Both the position numbers and the translations under genes were made by a program. A stretch of DNA of 64,000 bases. Source: a virus (Duplodnaviria > Caudoviricetes). Below, piece after piece: positions 35,023 to 46,200 of the stretch. How positions within the stretch are numbered: position 1 is the first letter of the stretch; every line of letters begins with the position of its first letter. Location: IMG/VR virus record IMGVR_UViG_3300044647_001578, positions 8,016 through 72,015 of that record; one strand, written 5' to 3'. Under the pieces are notes generated by a model, which worked only from the letters and a program-made list of their open reading frames with translations, was not told the DNA's origin and made no database searches.

Positions 35023-37757
35023 TATCTTGCCTCCAATTCCAATATTTTTTGTTCCATGGCTTCAACCTTTTCTTTTAGCTCTCTAACTATTGGTATTAAA
35101 AGCATTGGTATTTTTTGTTCATTTTTAAGTGATGTTGGCTCTCCGTTTAAATTTCTTTGCACAAATAGTCCTAGTCCCGCATCTTCTAAGTCTTCTACGA
35201 TTGGTCCAAATCCATGCTGCCCCCATACGCTTGAATCTGTTTCTGGGTGATTATGCTTGTAGGTATAGAATGCTGGATTTATATCAAGAACTCTGTCATA
35301 ATATGTTTTTGGAGCGTATGTAATATTTTCTTTAAATCTTCTTGAAGATGTATCAGCTACAAGGCCTCCTCCTGCTATGTACCTGTAGTCTCTTGCTCTA
35401 ACATCATTTCTAATTTCAGCAGCGTAACTTCTTTGCGAGGAATCTGCTGCAAATCTAAATGTCTTGGTTTTAGTGTTAACATAAAAAGATGATCCAGGAA
35501 CAGTTGTATCCTGCCCAGCTATAAAGGCATACGTTCCAGTTGAATAGCTACCGCTTTCCCAGCCAAAATGCATTATTGTATCGTTAGAAGGATTTTGAAA
35601 TAAAATTCTAGGCCCTACTGATGTATCTGCGTATAGGTCTGAGGCTGAGCTAATATTAAACCCAGCTATCTTTCCGCTTGTAGCAGTAATTGCTCCTCTT
35701 AATGATAATGCTCCAGATGAAGATAGACTAAATGTATTTACGTTTCCTGAGTAGGCTTTAATTCCAGTATTATCTATAAAAAGTCCGTTGCTTGTATCGC
35801 CAACTACTTTTAACGTACTTAATTCAATAGAACCAGTTACTATCTTTGCGCCCTCAATTTTTGTAACATTGTTATTTATGGCAGATGCAACTTCGGTGGC
35901 AGCAACTTTTAAAGCTACCGCATTATTAGTGTTGGTTATTTTGAGCTCTGCAGCCGTAACGCCATCGGCTGCGGCAACTGCTTTGTCATAAGCCAAGTCA
36001 GCTCTAGCTTTTGCTGTATTAGCTTTAGTAGTTGCATCGGTTGCTGCTGCTGCAATAGCTGCTGCTTTAGCAGCATCGGCTCTTGCTTGTGCATCGGCTG
36101 CTGCTGCGCTTGTTGTTGGATATCCTCCAATTATTGCTCCTGCGGCGTACAGTATACCTTCTTTTGAAACCCTAAAATTAGCATTTGCGGCAACTTGAGA
36201 TCCAACCCACAATCTATAGTCTGGGTCTGAGCCGCTTAGCTTTACAATAGATGGAAGTGTAGCAGTTGTATCTCCTAAAGTTATGTTTCCGCTGCTTTCA
36301 ATTTTTGTATTAGAGCTTTGAATATATCCATCTGTTTGCGATGTTGCATTAATTGTCCAACCACCTACGAATCCTTTACGAGCATCTATCAATCCATCTG
36401 ACGCTTGAATGAAAACGCTCTGTGCTCCAGCCGCATCGTGTGCGTACAAGCCACCAGATTGCATTACAACTCTTGCTCCAGACACCGACCCGTCTGCTGC
36501 AAATGTTCCACCAGCAATTATGCTTCCTGTAGTTACTCTAAGATTTCCAGTAAATGTTCCGCCAGTTGCATTTATTTTACCAGTTGTATATACGTCCGAT
36601 CCGTCCCAATATAAAAATGAGCTTGCGCTTCCAACTCTAAACTGTCCCGTATTTAACCAGTAGTTGTGCCCGAAGTTTGTTGTTGATCTATCTAATATAA
36701 TTCCGTTGTATGTGCCAGCTGTTTGTGTTGGAGTAATTGTATTAGATGTATTTATAGATTGCGTAATGCCTGTTCCTATTTTAAATAGGTCTGCTGTCTT
36801 CCCGCCAATAGATAATATAGATCTTAATTGGACATTGCCTGCTGGGGCATTAGGGTCTGAGACGGGGCCAAAACTTCCAGACGCAACTTGTCCCGCAACT
36901 CCAGTGTTCCAAGAAATACTGTTGAACGGGCTCTTTGCTGTGACTTGCCAATAGTAAACTGTATTTGGAGTTAAGCCTGTTATAGAAAAATTTGTTGTTG
37001 CTTTGCCGTCTACCTGCCCATATTCCCATAATGGATTTGTAACTGTTGCAGGATTATTTGGAGACCATCTAATTACATAGCCATTTGTATCTGCGTCTGT
37101 ACTTGCAGTCCAAGATACATCAATTTTTATACTAAATCCACTCTTATCTTCAGGATCAATTGAAGGAGTTACAGCTACACCAGTTGGCGCTTTAGGAACT
37201 TTTGTTGTGTCTATTTCAGAATTAAGAATCTCTACAGGCCCCGCCGTTACTTCTGATATATTTAGATCATCCCACCTATCTCTTGATCTAACCTTTACCC
37301 ATCTTGGGGCATAGCTTGATGCTTGAATAGTAACGTTAGTTGAAGTTCCAACATAAACAATATTCTGGACAGCAAAATCACTTGTAAGACTTTCAAATAT
37401 AACTACATCATCTTGTGTGCTCAATGGATTTATAGTAAATTTAACTCCATAGGATTTAAATCCTGAAGTTAGAGTTAAGCCTTGGACTGGTAGTGTTCCA
37501 TTTTCTATTACATGATTTACTAAGTATGCAGGCGATCTTTCACTTTCAGTTATTAACTTTGTTTCTTCGTCTTCGTGTAAATATGTGAAAAAAAACTTAT
37601 ACGTTTTATCTTTTACTGGGACCATTCTTATTGTTTTGGTATACGAGTTTGCAGATGTTGATTTAGCTTTTTCTGCAGCGGCGTTTGGATCTGTTTCAAG
37701 ATCAGCTGGGATTGATTCGCCGCCACCATCAGTCATCATTGGGCCCGTATATCTCAT
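35022..37757 (-). CDS. tail fibre/spike with FN3 domain and C-terminal S74-type intramolecular chaperone
   Basis: FN3 (VSWTAS...GLTPNTVYYWQVTA), Gly-rich beta repeats, SSRRFKENI autocleavage motif, terminal coiled coil. Confidence 0.85.
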   Translation of the reverse strand: MRYTGPMMTDGGGESIPADLETDPNAAAEKAKSTSANSYTKTIRMVPVKDKTYKFFFTYLHEDEETKLITESERSPAYLVNHVIENGTLPVQGLTLTSGFKSYGVKFTINPLSTQDDVVIFESLTSDFAVQNIVYVGTSTNVTIQASSYAPRWVKVRSRDRWDDLNISEVTAGPVEILNSEIDTTKVPKAPTGVAVTPSIDPEDKSGFSIKIDVSWTASTDADTNGYVIRWSPNNPATVTNPLWEYGQVDGKATTNFSITGLTPNTVYYWQVTAKSPFNSISWNTGVAGQVASGSFGPVSDPNAPAGNVQLRSILSIGGKTADLFKIGTGITQSINTSNTITPTQTAGTYNGIILDRSTTNFGHNYWLNTGQFRVGSASSFLYWDGSDVYTTGKINATGGTFTGNLRVTTGSIIAGGTFAADGSVSGARVVMQSGGLYAHDAAGAQSVFIQASDGLIDARKGFVGGWTINATSQTDGYIQSSNTKIESSGNITLGDTTATLPSIVKLSGSDPDYRLWVGSQVAANANFRVSKEGILYAAGAIIGGYPTTSAAAADAQARADAAKAAAIAAAATDATTKANTAKARADLAYDKAVAAADGVTAAELKITNTNNAVALKVAATEVASAINNNVTKIEGAKIVTGSIELSTLKVVGDTSNGLFIDNTGIKAYSGNVNTFSLSSSGALSLRGAITATSGKIAGFNISSASDLYADTSVGPRILFQNPSNDTIMHFGWESGSYSTGTYAFIAGQDTTVPGSSFYVNTKTKTFRFAADSSQRSYAAEIRNDVRARDYRYIAGGGLVADTSSRRFKENITYAPKTYYDRVLDINPAFYTYKHNHPETDSSVWGQHGFGPIVEDLEDAGLGLFVQRNLNGEPTSLKNEQKIPMLLIPIVRELKEKVEAMEQKILELEAR

Positions 37758-38732
37758 TTAGAAACCCAAGCCTAGCCTATATTCAATGTCCATCTGCTTG
37801 CCTAAAGTTTTTGTAATAACATCAGTTAGCACAGACCTGCTTATCATTCCATAGTCTGTCCTAAAAGAGTCTTCGTCGTTTATTCTAAGTCCGTCCAGAA
37901 GGGCTGTTGTTGCCCCAGAGCTTTTGGCTTTAACTCCAATTGATATTTTAACTATTGATGATTTATCTGGTGTGCCAGATGTAAATCCGCTGGTATATAA
38001 GTTGCTTAACTTTAATGGCTTAACCTTATAGCCTATCGGAGAATCTCCAGTATACTGCGTAGATGTTTCTCCAGGATATCTAATTTCATAATAGTTATTA
38101 TTTGAATCATATGCTCTTAAGAATATATAGTCTAAGTTTAAATCGCTCTGATAATAAGCCAGGGTCATGCTGTCGTTTGCGCTATACCCAGAGATGTCTA
38201 GATTAAAGTCATAGAAATAATCTTTTGATTGTGATGCTGCTGCGCCAATTGACATATAGTACGGACCTATTTTAGGAGATGATATGGTAACTAGACTTGG
38301 GTAACCTCCAGAACTATCTACCCAAGACTGATTGTCCTCAAATGAAGATATAGATCTACTTGCAAAGTCAGTTGTGCCAATGGTTATATTTGGGAATAAG
38401 CCAATCTCATTGATTATTCCAGATACATCCACTGGGATTGTTGTTTTATATACAACACCGTATGTGCTTTGACCAGTTGTTTGGCTTGTCTGTATATCTA
38501 CACTTGTTATGTTTACTTCTGATCGATAGAATTCAAAATTAAGCTGTGTATCATTTACGGTTGCTGGTACTGATCCGATTCCTAAAGCAATATCTTTTGC
38601 TGTAGTGGTCGCTTGCCCAGCCAAGTATTCCGTTATATACCTTTTACCAAACTTGGTTAAAATGTTTTTAGATCTTGCAATCTCTTTTCCATCTTCATAG
38701 AATATGTATTCTCCATAAATATTATTGTCCAT
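37758..38732 (-). CDS. minor tail protein
   Basis: KNILTKFGK, IALGIG, INEIGLF; tail context. Confidence 0.7.
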   Translation of the reverse strand: MDNNIYGEYIFYEDGKEIARSKNILTKFGKRYITEYLAGQATTTAKDIALGIGSVPATVNDTQLNFEFYRSEVNITSVDIQTSQTTGQSTYGVVYKTTIPVDVSGIINEIGLFPNITIGTTDFASRSISSFEDNQSWVDSSGGYPSLVTISSPKIGPYYMSIGAAASQSKDYFYDFNLDISGYSANDSMTLAYYQSDLNLDYIFLRAYDSNNNYYEIRYPGETSTQYTGDSPIGYKVKPLKLSNLYTSGFTSGTPDKSSIVKISIGVKAKSSGATTALLDGLRINDEDSFRTDYGMISRSVLTDVITKTLGKQMDIEYRLGLGF

Positions 38733-39063
38733 ATACGTTTGCCCCCACAACTGAATCTCCTACGTGATTTTTAACATTAAAAACAAATTCAATGTACTGA
38801 TTTTTATTTTTATCTGTGACGAGCTTTTTACTTACTAAAGTAATGTCTTCAAGGTTGGGTGCATCAAATTCATTTGGTAGTGGTGGCGGATTTACAACTT
38901 CTGAACCTTCTCCACCCTCTCCGTCGACAACAACTTGATCAAAAGAATAAGGGTCAACTATAACATAATAGTCTGGCTTAAGTGTTTTAATTAGCGGGTC
39001 GTCGGGGAAAAGGAAAAGCTTTTGAGGCTTTGCTGATGCCGATGAAGGTTGTCTAGTGCTCAT
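38722..39063 (-). CDS. hypothetical tail-module protein
   Basis: TAGAAT-N6-ATG; context. Confidence 0.65.
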   Translation of the reverse strand: MSTRQPSSASAKPQKLFLFPDDPLIKTLKPDYYVIVDPYSFDQVVVDGEGGEGSEVVNPPPLPNEFDAPNLEDITLVSKKLVTDKNKNQYIEFVFNVKNHVGDSVVGANVYGQ

Positions 39064-39080
39064 ATCTACATTCTACCATT

Positions 39081-42000
39081 TCATCCAGTATAAATCGATC
39101 TACAGACTATACTTGTAGTTGGTGGAGAAGTAGAGTCATAAGTGTTGTCTAACGATAATATTACAAATTTGCTAGCCGCATATCCTGTAGGTATACCAAC
39201 ATCTTCTGTGGAATATATTTTATTCTCTGGATACGATATCTCAATAACATCTCCGACCTGCAAAAGAGGGTTAATAAAAGTTTGAAGAGATAACACTTTC
39301 TGCTGTTTTGACCATTGGTCTGTCATCCATTTTGCAAGGGCTTTTGCCTCATCCTCTCTTTGGATCCAAGTAGAGTCAAACGCCACCTGCTCCTTTTTAT
39401 CCTCATCTGTTAGGTCTGGGTTAATATATTCAAACTGATCAGACGGAGTTATGAAGTCTCCAACCACAATAAATTGCTTTTCTTCTCCGTTGGCAAGAGA
39501 TGTAAATGCACCAGTATTGTTTAATACAAATGTATCCATAGTAAATGGATCAAGGGATGCTCCAACAATTGTTACGTCCTCGTTATTTACCAGCTGCGTA
39601 TATCTTGGGAATCCTGGTGTTGTATATCTTGCTTTAATTCTTCTTAGCTCTCTTGCCACTGGCCCAAATTCTTTTAGCCACGAAACGGTAGCTATTGTTT
39701 CACCCTTATTAAATATAAAATCCCCAAAAGTTTTTATTACAGAGGAAGCTCCGCCAACAAACCCTTTGTATAGGCTGTACTCGTCTTTTGAAAGGAACTC
39801 TTCTTTTGCAATTGATGTTGTATAAACATAGTCAAATGCCGAAACCCCTTGCAAAGACAACAGGCCTATTTTTTCTGTTATGTTTATTGGGTCGGTATCA
39901 ATTACTGCAATGACAGCATTATTAATTGATATCTTAAGGGCTAAAGCTTTTTTTGTTCCGTTTGCTGGAATGGACCAGTTAGCCTTTATATCAATTCTAT
40001 AAAGCTCTCCGCCATTAATATTTGTTATAATTGTTCCATCTGTTTCTTTTTGAGACGTTGTCATCTTGATAGGCTTGCCAGCAGTTATTTTATAAAAATT
40101 AACATCTCTATAGTTTTTGTCAACTGTTGCATTCTGTGAAGTTCCTATTGTAAGCATATATCCACTTTTATTGTCTGGGCTTAAAGCAAATGCAATACCA
40201 GATATTGTTTTTTGATTTCCTGTGGCCTTTTGAGATACCTCGTCAACTAATAGCGGGAAATACATATTAGTTCCAATTGCAAAGCTGTTATTGCTGGTTG
40301 GTGTTACATCTCCTAAAAACTTTGCATCCTCTTTAGTTGTTACTAGCGAGTATACTGTGTTTGGTACAATTATGTTTGGTTTGGATGGATCTTCATTTGT
40401 TTTTTCTGTATGCAGTGGGGCATTGATTGTCATCATTGATCTTGGTATAGAGTTTAAAAGGTTGTCTTTATTTTTTATAGGGTTGCCCTTTTCATCTCTT
40501 TTTACTTCTGTCTCTGTTAATTTAAAAATAGATTGATCTACATTGCTAAATGTTCCTTCGGCTGAGGTCCACTTTCTGCCTTCCCATTCATTTGCAAGAG
40601 AGTCTGTGTTTACATTATGAGTTAATGAGGCTGTGTCTGTTGGCTTTACTACTTCAAAAACATTTCTAGCTTTTATTCTATATACACCAGTTGGCTTAAA
40701 TGTGTTTGGCTGTGCCAAGCCTTGATATTTTTGAATATCGGCTTCAGATGTTATCCATTTAGATTCAGAGGCTTCTCCTCCAATTGGTATGTATTCATAC
40801 AGGATGGCATCGTATTCAATAATTTCTTTTTCTACAACTAAGTATCCAGTAAATGAATAGAATTGTTTTTCTTGTCCCGATATAACTACTGGCTGTAATC
40901 TTATTACACCGTCTTTTGCATAGAGCTCTGGTTTATCTTCATTCCATTTTGGAGCTACTGGAAGCAAAGTGTCCGTCAATGCTGCCGCACCTAGTGTTAC
41001 TACTGGAGAAGTGTAAAGATTATCAGCGTTTACTAAATAAGAAGAGCTTAGCTGTGGACTATATAAAACTTTAATCGCCTTTACTGATGGTACGTTGTCA
41101 ATAGATAAAGAAGCTATGTTTGCTAGGTTCGTAACGGATCCAGAATATTTTGGGGAATATCTAAACGATGCTCTTATGGGATTATCTTTTGCGAATATCT
41201 TATCTCTAGGATAAAACTGCAGGATGTCATTGTGATCAAATATTGCTACAGTTTGTGTGTCTTTACATAAATCTTGTATGTGCTGCCATACAGTTTTTTC
41301 TTTATTTGTATACCAGTGGAAAGGCGTTATAGTAGAAGTATCGCTATCGGATAAATTAAATTGATAATTTGTAAATCCAATTGAATCTAAGAGCCTTCTG
41401 ATTATTGCAACGGAAGACATGTCTGATGTTACTATGTCTGGTGGCTTTATGTATTGAAGTTCTCTAGCACCGTCCAAGGACATTATGTCTACCAAGCCAA
41501 ATTCATCAACGCTATAAGAATCTATGTAGAATGTTCCAAGCTTTACAATCTCCATATCAACTCTTACGTATGGCTTAAGGATAACATTTTTATACAAATT
41601 GATTTTATTTTTATTAAATGAATTTATCTTATCGTAGTTTTCATATCCTTTGTCGTATGCATTTACTGAAATTCTCATTGAGTTTGCTGTTACATCTCCG
41701 ACTGGGACTATGCCGTCAACTTTGTCAGATGAGTTTGCTGATATATTAAAAGACTCTACCCTCTCTCCTATATCAATAACATATCTTGCTGACAGCTCGA
41801 CCATTCCGAGAAATCCTAATTTAGGCGCAGTGCTTGTATCTGGTTTGGTTGATATTGGCACACTTATCTTTTTTACTTCTAGTTTTAATTTATGAATGTC
41901 AATAGATTTTTGAGTATCTAAATCTGCCTCAACAGTTGTCCATGTTGGAAGTCCGTTATAGTATATGTTTATAACGCCATTAACAATACCAGCAGATGTT

Positions 42001-42599
42001 CCATTATAGATTGTTGTTTCGACCCCGTCCTTATTTGTTGCTTTTAGGTTCCATTCTGTTGGAGTTGAGTGTGATGTTTCAAACTTAACAACTATTTTAT
42101 TAGCCGCCGCTGTTTTTAAAATTGGGTACTCTACAGTTAATATGCAATTGGTTAGAGATGTATCTCCTGTTGGGCTAAGCACTACAGATGGGGATACCCA
42201 ATATTTATATGGCAGCTGCATGCTTGAAAAGTATAATCTTTTGTTAAAAGAACTTGACGATGCATATGACTGCTTTGACCCTATTCCACTTTCTAAGTTT
42301 GCCCTTACGCTTCTGTCTCCGTCAATGATATACTGAATGCCAGCCAGCTTTGGTCTTCTTGGATCTATTATGCTGGTTATTGGAAATAGCTTTTCAAATG
42401 GTCTATAAGTATTTCCATAAGCATCTGTTTTTGTTACCTGAAGATCACCAGAAGGATTTGCGGCTGTTCCATTTGGGCCACGCATAGTAACGCCATCAAT
42501 TAAATCATTCATGTTATATTCTACAAAGCACCCATTAGTCATTTTAAATGACTGTGACGTGTTTAAATATCCAAGTAGGCCTGGTGATCCTGTAATCAT
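39081..42599 (-). CDS. large minor tail (tail tip/hub) protein
   Basis: 1172 aa after tape measure; INPLLQVGDVIEI C-terminal motif. Confidence 0.75.
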   Translation of the reverse strand: MITGSPGLLGYLNTSQSFKMTNGCFVEYNMNDLIDGVTMRGPNGTAANPSGDLQVTKTDAYGNTYRPFEKLFPITSIIDPRRPKLAGIQYIIDGDRSVRANLESGIGSKQSYASSSSFNKRLYFSSMQLPYKYWVSPSVVLSPTGDTSLTNCILTVEYPILKTAAANKIVVKFETSHSTPTEWNLKATNKDGVETTIYNGTSAGIVNGVINIYYNGLPTWTTVEADLDTQKSIDIHKLKLEVKKISVPISTKPDTSTAPKLGFLGMVELSARYVIDIGERVESFNISANSSDKVDGIVPVGDVTANSMRISVNAYDKGYENYDKINSFNKNKINLYKNVILKPYVRVDMEIVKLGTFYIDSYSVDEFGLVDIMSLDGARELQYIKPPDIVTSDMSSVAIIRRLLDSIGFTNYQFNLSDSDTSTITPFHWYTNKEKTVWQHIQDLCKDTQTVAIFDHNDILQFYPRDKIFAKDNPIRASFRYSPKYSGSVTNLANIASLSIDNVPSVKAIKVLYSPQLSSSYLVNADNLYTSPVVTLGAAALTDTLLPVAPKWNEDKPELYAKDGVIRLQPVVISGQEKQFYSFTGYLVVEKEIIEYDAILYEYIPIGGEASESKWITSEADIQKYQGLAQPNTFKPTGVYRIKARNVFEVVKPTDTASLTHNVNTDSLANEWEGRKWTSAEGTFSNVDQSIFKLTETEVKRDEKGNPIKNKDNLLNSIPRSMMTINAPLHTEKTNEDPSKPNIIVPNTVYSLVTTKEDAKFLGDVTPTSNNSFAIGTNMYFPLLVDEVSQKATGNQKTISGIAFALSPDNKSGYMLTIGTSQNATVDKNYRDVNFYKITAGKPIKMTTSQKETDGTIITNINGGELYRIDIKANWSIPANGTKKALALKISINNAVIAVIDTDPINITEKIGLLSLQGVSAFDYVYTTSIAKEEFLSKDEYSLYKGFVGGASSVIKTFGDFIFNKGETIATVSWLKEFGPVARELRRIKARYTTPGFPRYTQLVNNEDVTIVGASLDPFTMDTFVLNNTGAFTSLANGEEKQFIVVGDFITPSDQFEYINPDLTDEDKKEQVAFDSTWIQREDEAKALAKWMTDQWSKQQKVLSLQTFINPLLQVGDVIEISYPENKIYSTEDVGIPTGYAASKFVILSLDNTYDSTSPPTTSIVCRSIYTG

Positions 42600-43285
42600 T
42601 AAACTTCTTCCAGTGCTATAGATACATCCCAGAATTCTTGCGCCTCTGGCAGAACCGTAACGGCAGATGCCGTTGATGAGGCAGGTGTTCCAGATATAGT
42701 TCCTGCAACAGTAAATGATGTTGGAGTTGCTGCGGTGATAGTAAATACTCCGTTATATGCTGCAAATGTTGCTCCAGATACGCTAATCTTATTTCCAACT
42801 GCAAAACTATTTCTACCAGTATATGTTGTTACTCCAGCAGCATACGATATAGCGGTTATGTTTGAATTTTTAAATACTCCACCCGTTTTTAAATTTCTTC
42901 TTGTAACAGTAAAACTACAAGATGTGAATGACATCATCATTGTTTTTTCTCTTGAGGCGGTTCCGTTTGGAGAAACTTTTACATTAAATGCACCTTGACC
43001 AGCAACTGACTCATAGAACTCTTTAATGTTCATAGCCCCCCAGGCTCCATCTACAGTCATAGAAGAATATGTTGGTAAGCCTATCCAACTAACTGAAAGA
43101 ATGTCTTTATCAGCAATAAATATCTTTCTTAATGTTCCATTTGACATTCTCTGGGTTTTTTCAATTCTCTGTATATCCAATGTAGCGCTTGCTCTATTGT
43201 GCTCGCTTAATGCCTGCCAGACTACAGGGGTAACCGATGTGTTTTCAAATTTTATAAGGGATCCAAGCGGAAGGGTTAGCGCCAT
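42599..43285 (-). CDS. distal-tail-like protein with inserted beta domain
   Basis: Directly follows tape measure; RMSNGTLRK; inserted SFAVGNKISVSG...YNGVFTITA. Confidence 0.6.
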   Translation of the reverse strand: MALTLPLGSLIKFENTSVTPVVWQALSEHNRASATLDIQRIEKTQRMSNGTLRKIFIADKDILSVSWIGLPTYSSMTVDGAWGAMNIKEFYESVAGQGAFNVKVSPNGTASREKTMMMSFTSCSFTVTRRNLKTGGVFKNSNITAISYAAGVTTYTGRNSFAVGNKISVSGATFAAYNGVFTITAATPTSFTVAGTISGTPASSTASAVTVLPEAQEFWDVSIALEEV

Positions 43286-46200
43286 TATTTAACTCCTACT
43301 GTCATTGATGTGCCAGACATTTTAGAATTTCGGGAATCAAGAGTCTTGATTGCTGTGATAGTCTTCTGTGTTACTATATTTGACAATTGATTTATATCCC
43401 CATCGAATCCATTAATGTTATTTGTAATATTATATGTTGCTCCACCCATTGTAGCATTATTAGCGTTTGGATTAAAGGGGTTCATGTTAGCAGGAACAAC
43501 TGCTTCATTCTTATGAAGCATAGCAAGCATATCTACAGGAACACTATTTATTCCAGTTTCAAATTTAGGAATATTAAATTTACCTCCCTTTAAGTATCCT
43601 CCAGTTGCGCCCCTAACCATATCATCATCCATAAGATCTGAAATCTGAGCTATTTTTTCCATAAATTCTTTGTTAGAAATAGCGCCATTGGCATACTGAC
43701 CTATGATTGAGTCTCTCATTGCTTTTAAGTCATTCTCATTTGGATAAATTTTTCCACTTTGGTACTTTCCAAAACGTGTCCACATCAAAAGTGCATCTAA
43801 GGCTTTTTGAGTAGTGCTAATTCCAGGACCAATTTCTCCTATTGATGTTCTGTACGTATTAAGAATAGAGGTAAACGGATTGCTTCCTGAGCTTCTGGCC
43901 AACATGTCTATGTCACTAGAATTATGACCACCATCAAACCTTACTCCAAGCTTAGCTGCCAGTTCCATTATTGTTTCTTGATTTAAAGATTGATGCTCTC
44001 CGCCTACGGCGTATGAGTACGGTTGATCTATTCCAATTTGTTTTTTTGCTTTATCAATTGCTAATATTTGCAAAGCTCTTTGAGCGCTTTGACCTGCATC
44101 TCCCTCATAAGGATTTCTTGCTGGGGCATAGAAATCTTGATCTCCGTACATTCTTACATGATCTGGGTCAGATTTTTTAGCAGCGTCAAATTGTTCTATC
44201 GGCCTTAAGTTTTTATTTTCATTAACTTCTTTTAATATTTCATCAAGCTCTCTTTGAGAGTATTTTTCTTTTGACAAATAAAATATTTCTTTTGTTGAAG
44301 GGTTTTCTGTAATTACTGGAAGAGGCTCTCCGTCTTTGTGTAGCCCAAGCTCTTTTAATTTTGAAATGTAAGCAGATTCTTCTAATGGAAAAACTGAGCT
44401 AAGCTGTCCTTCTTTTTTGCTGTAATGGAATGGCTTTCCGAATCCTTGCAAGAAATAGCTGTCTGCCGAATGCAGCTGCTCTGGCTTTCCATTGTATTTC
44501 ATTAAATTAGAAAGTGTACTTACAATAAATGGCTTATCTGGTTTCCATGCACCCTGCATATGAGACTGAACTGCATCATAAATTCCAAAGTGTCTTGATG
44601 TTCTAGCTATGGAATGTGAGGCAGCGTCATCGGTTCCAGCAACGGAACCCTTTGGCCCTACAAATCTATCAAATATTTTAAATCCTGCAGCTGTTTCAAA
44701 AAGATCTCCTTGTCCGTCTGTTCTTGGAAACTCATCATTAAACACTCTTATCATTGGAATATCGTCTGGCGTCGTAGGAATATAGTGTGGTTCCATTCCT
44801 CGTGCTCTGTAGGCTGCAATCTCTGCTCTAGTTAAAGGTTCTTCTCCACGATTTCCAAAGAATCCACCTCGTAGGCCGCCATTGTATTCAGTTCTTGCAT
44901 CTGCTGCTATTTTTGCTAATCTAGCTTTTTCTGCATACTCTTCAGCCATTCTAGAAAGTATTGGTGCCATGGCTTTTGTTTTAGATTTAATAGCAATGGA
45001 GTCTTTTGCATTTCCCTTCATTGCAGAAATTAATTGAATAAGCCCTTCTGAGCTTGAAGAGTTTGTTATAGCGTATGGGTCAACATTTTTTAAATTCACA
45101 TTACCTGCTGCTAGCATATTCATTAAAAATTCTTTTACGTCTCTATCGCCCCATTGATATCCTGAATTTATTTTGTCCAGCAGGTCTTGAGCTTTTTTGT
45201 TTGAAGGATCTTTTTTCAAAACATAGGACAGTATTCCCTCTGGGGTTGTAGGTATAACAGCAGAAACCTGATGATTTGTTAACAATGAACTTAAGTTTTC
45301 ATCTATTCCTTGGAATACAACAGCATCATTTCCAAAAGGTCCTCCTGAATGAAGTGGTACGCTCATTCCTTCATGTAATACATATGGAGGGTAAACGTTA
45401 TTTGGTTTAAACTGCTCTGCAGTAACTTTTACTTTTGGCTTTTGTATTGTTGGAGCTAGCTTGCTTTCAACAAATGGTCTTGCTCCGCCAATTACTGCAG
45501 CAGTTGCTGCGTTTGTTGCAAGCTTTGATCCTGCTGCTCCAAGGAATGGGAATGAGCCCTTTGGCAATAAAGCGCCAAGCCCTGGTATTCCTTTTGAAAT
45601 TCCCAACTGCTCAATAAATGCTCTTCCGAATGCAGTTGATACAGTACCAGTTAATCCTGCAGTTAATAAATTTAGTCCGCCAGTTATCCATTCACCTTTC
45701 TTAAAATCTTTACCTGTACTGTTCATCTTTGAAGCATTTGGACCAAAGGTCAATGTTAATATCTTACTGGTTATGTCGTCGTAAATTGCACCAGTGCCAC
45801 CTCCATTTTGAAATAGGCCTTTCCAGTTTGAGGCTGTTGTGTACTTTTCCCATTGAGAAGGACCTTTTTTAGTCCATTCTCCATTTTTATTTTTATAGTA
45901 ATCAGGATTTTTCTCATACAGCTTATCCATTGCTTTATCGGTTGCTGCTTGCTTTTGTGGAGTCATTGCGCTCATTGTGACTTCATGAGAACCATCAGCT
46001 CTATGTGGGTGTACTGCTCCACCCTTATGGAATTTTCCAGGAATCTTTAAGTCTAATAATGACTTTACATTTCTTTCAAGTACACTACGAAGTACCTTGA
46101 GTTGGCCCTCATCAGTTATTCCGCTCTTAGTTAAGATATCATCTATAAATTTTTCTGGACCCTGCTTTGCTATTGACTTTCTTACAGAAGCAAATCCCTT

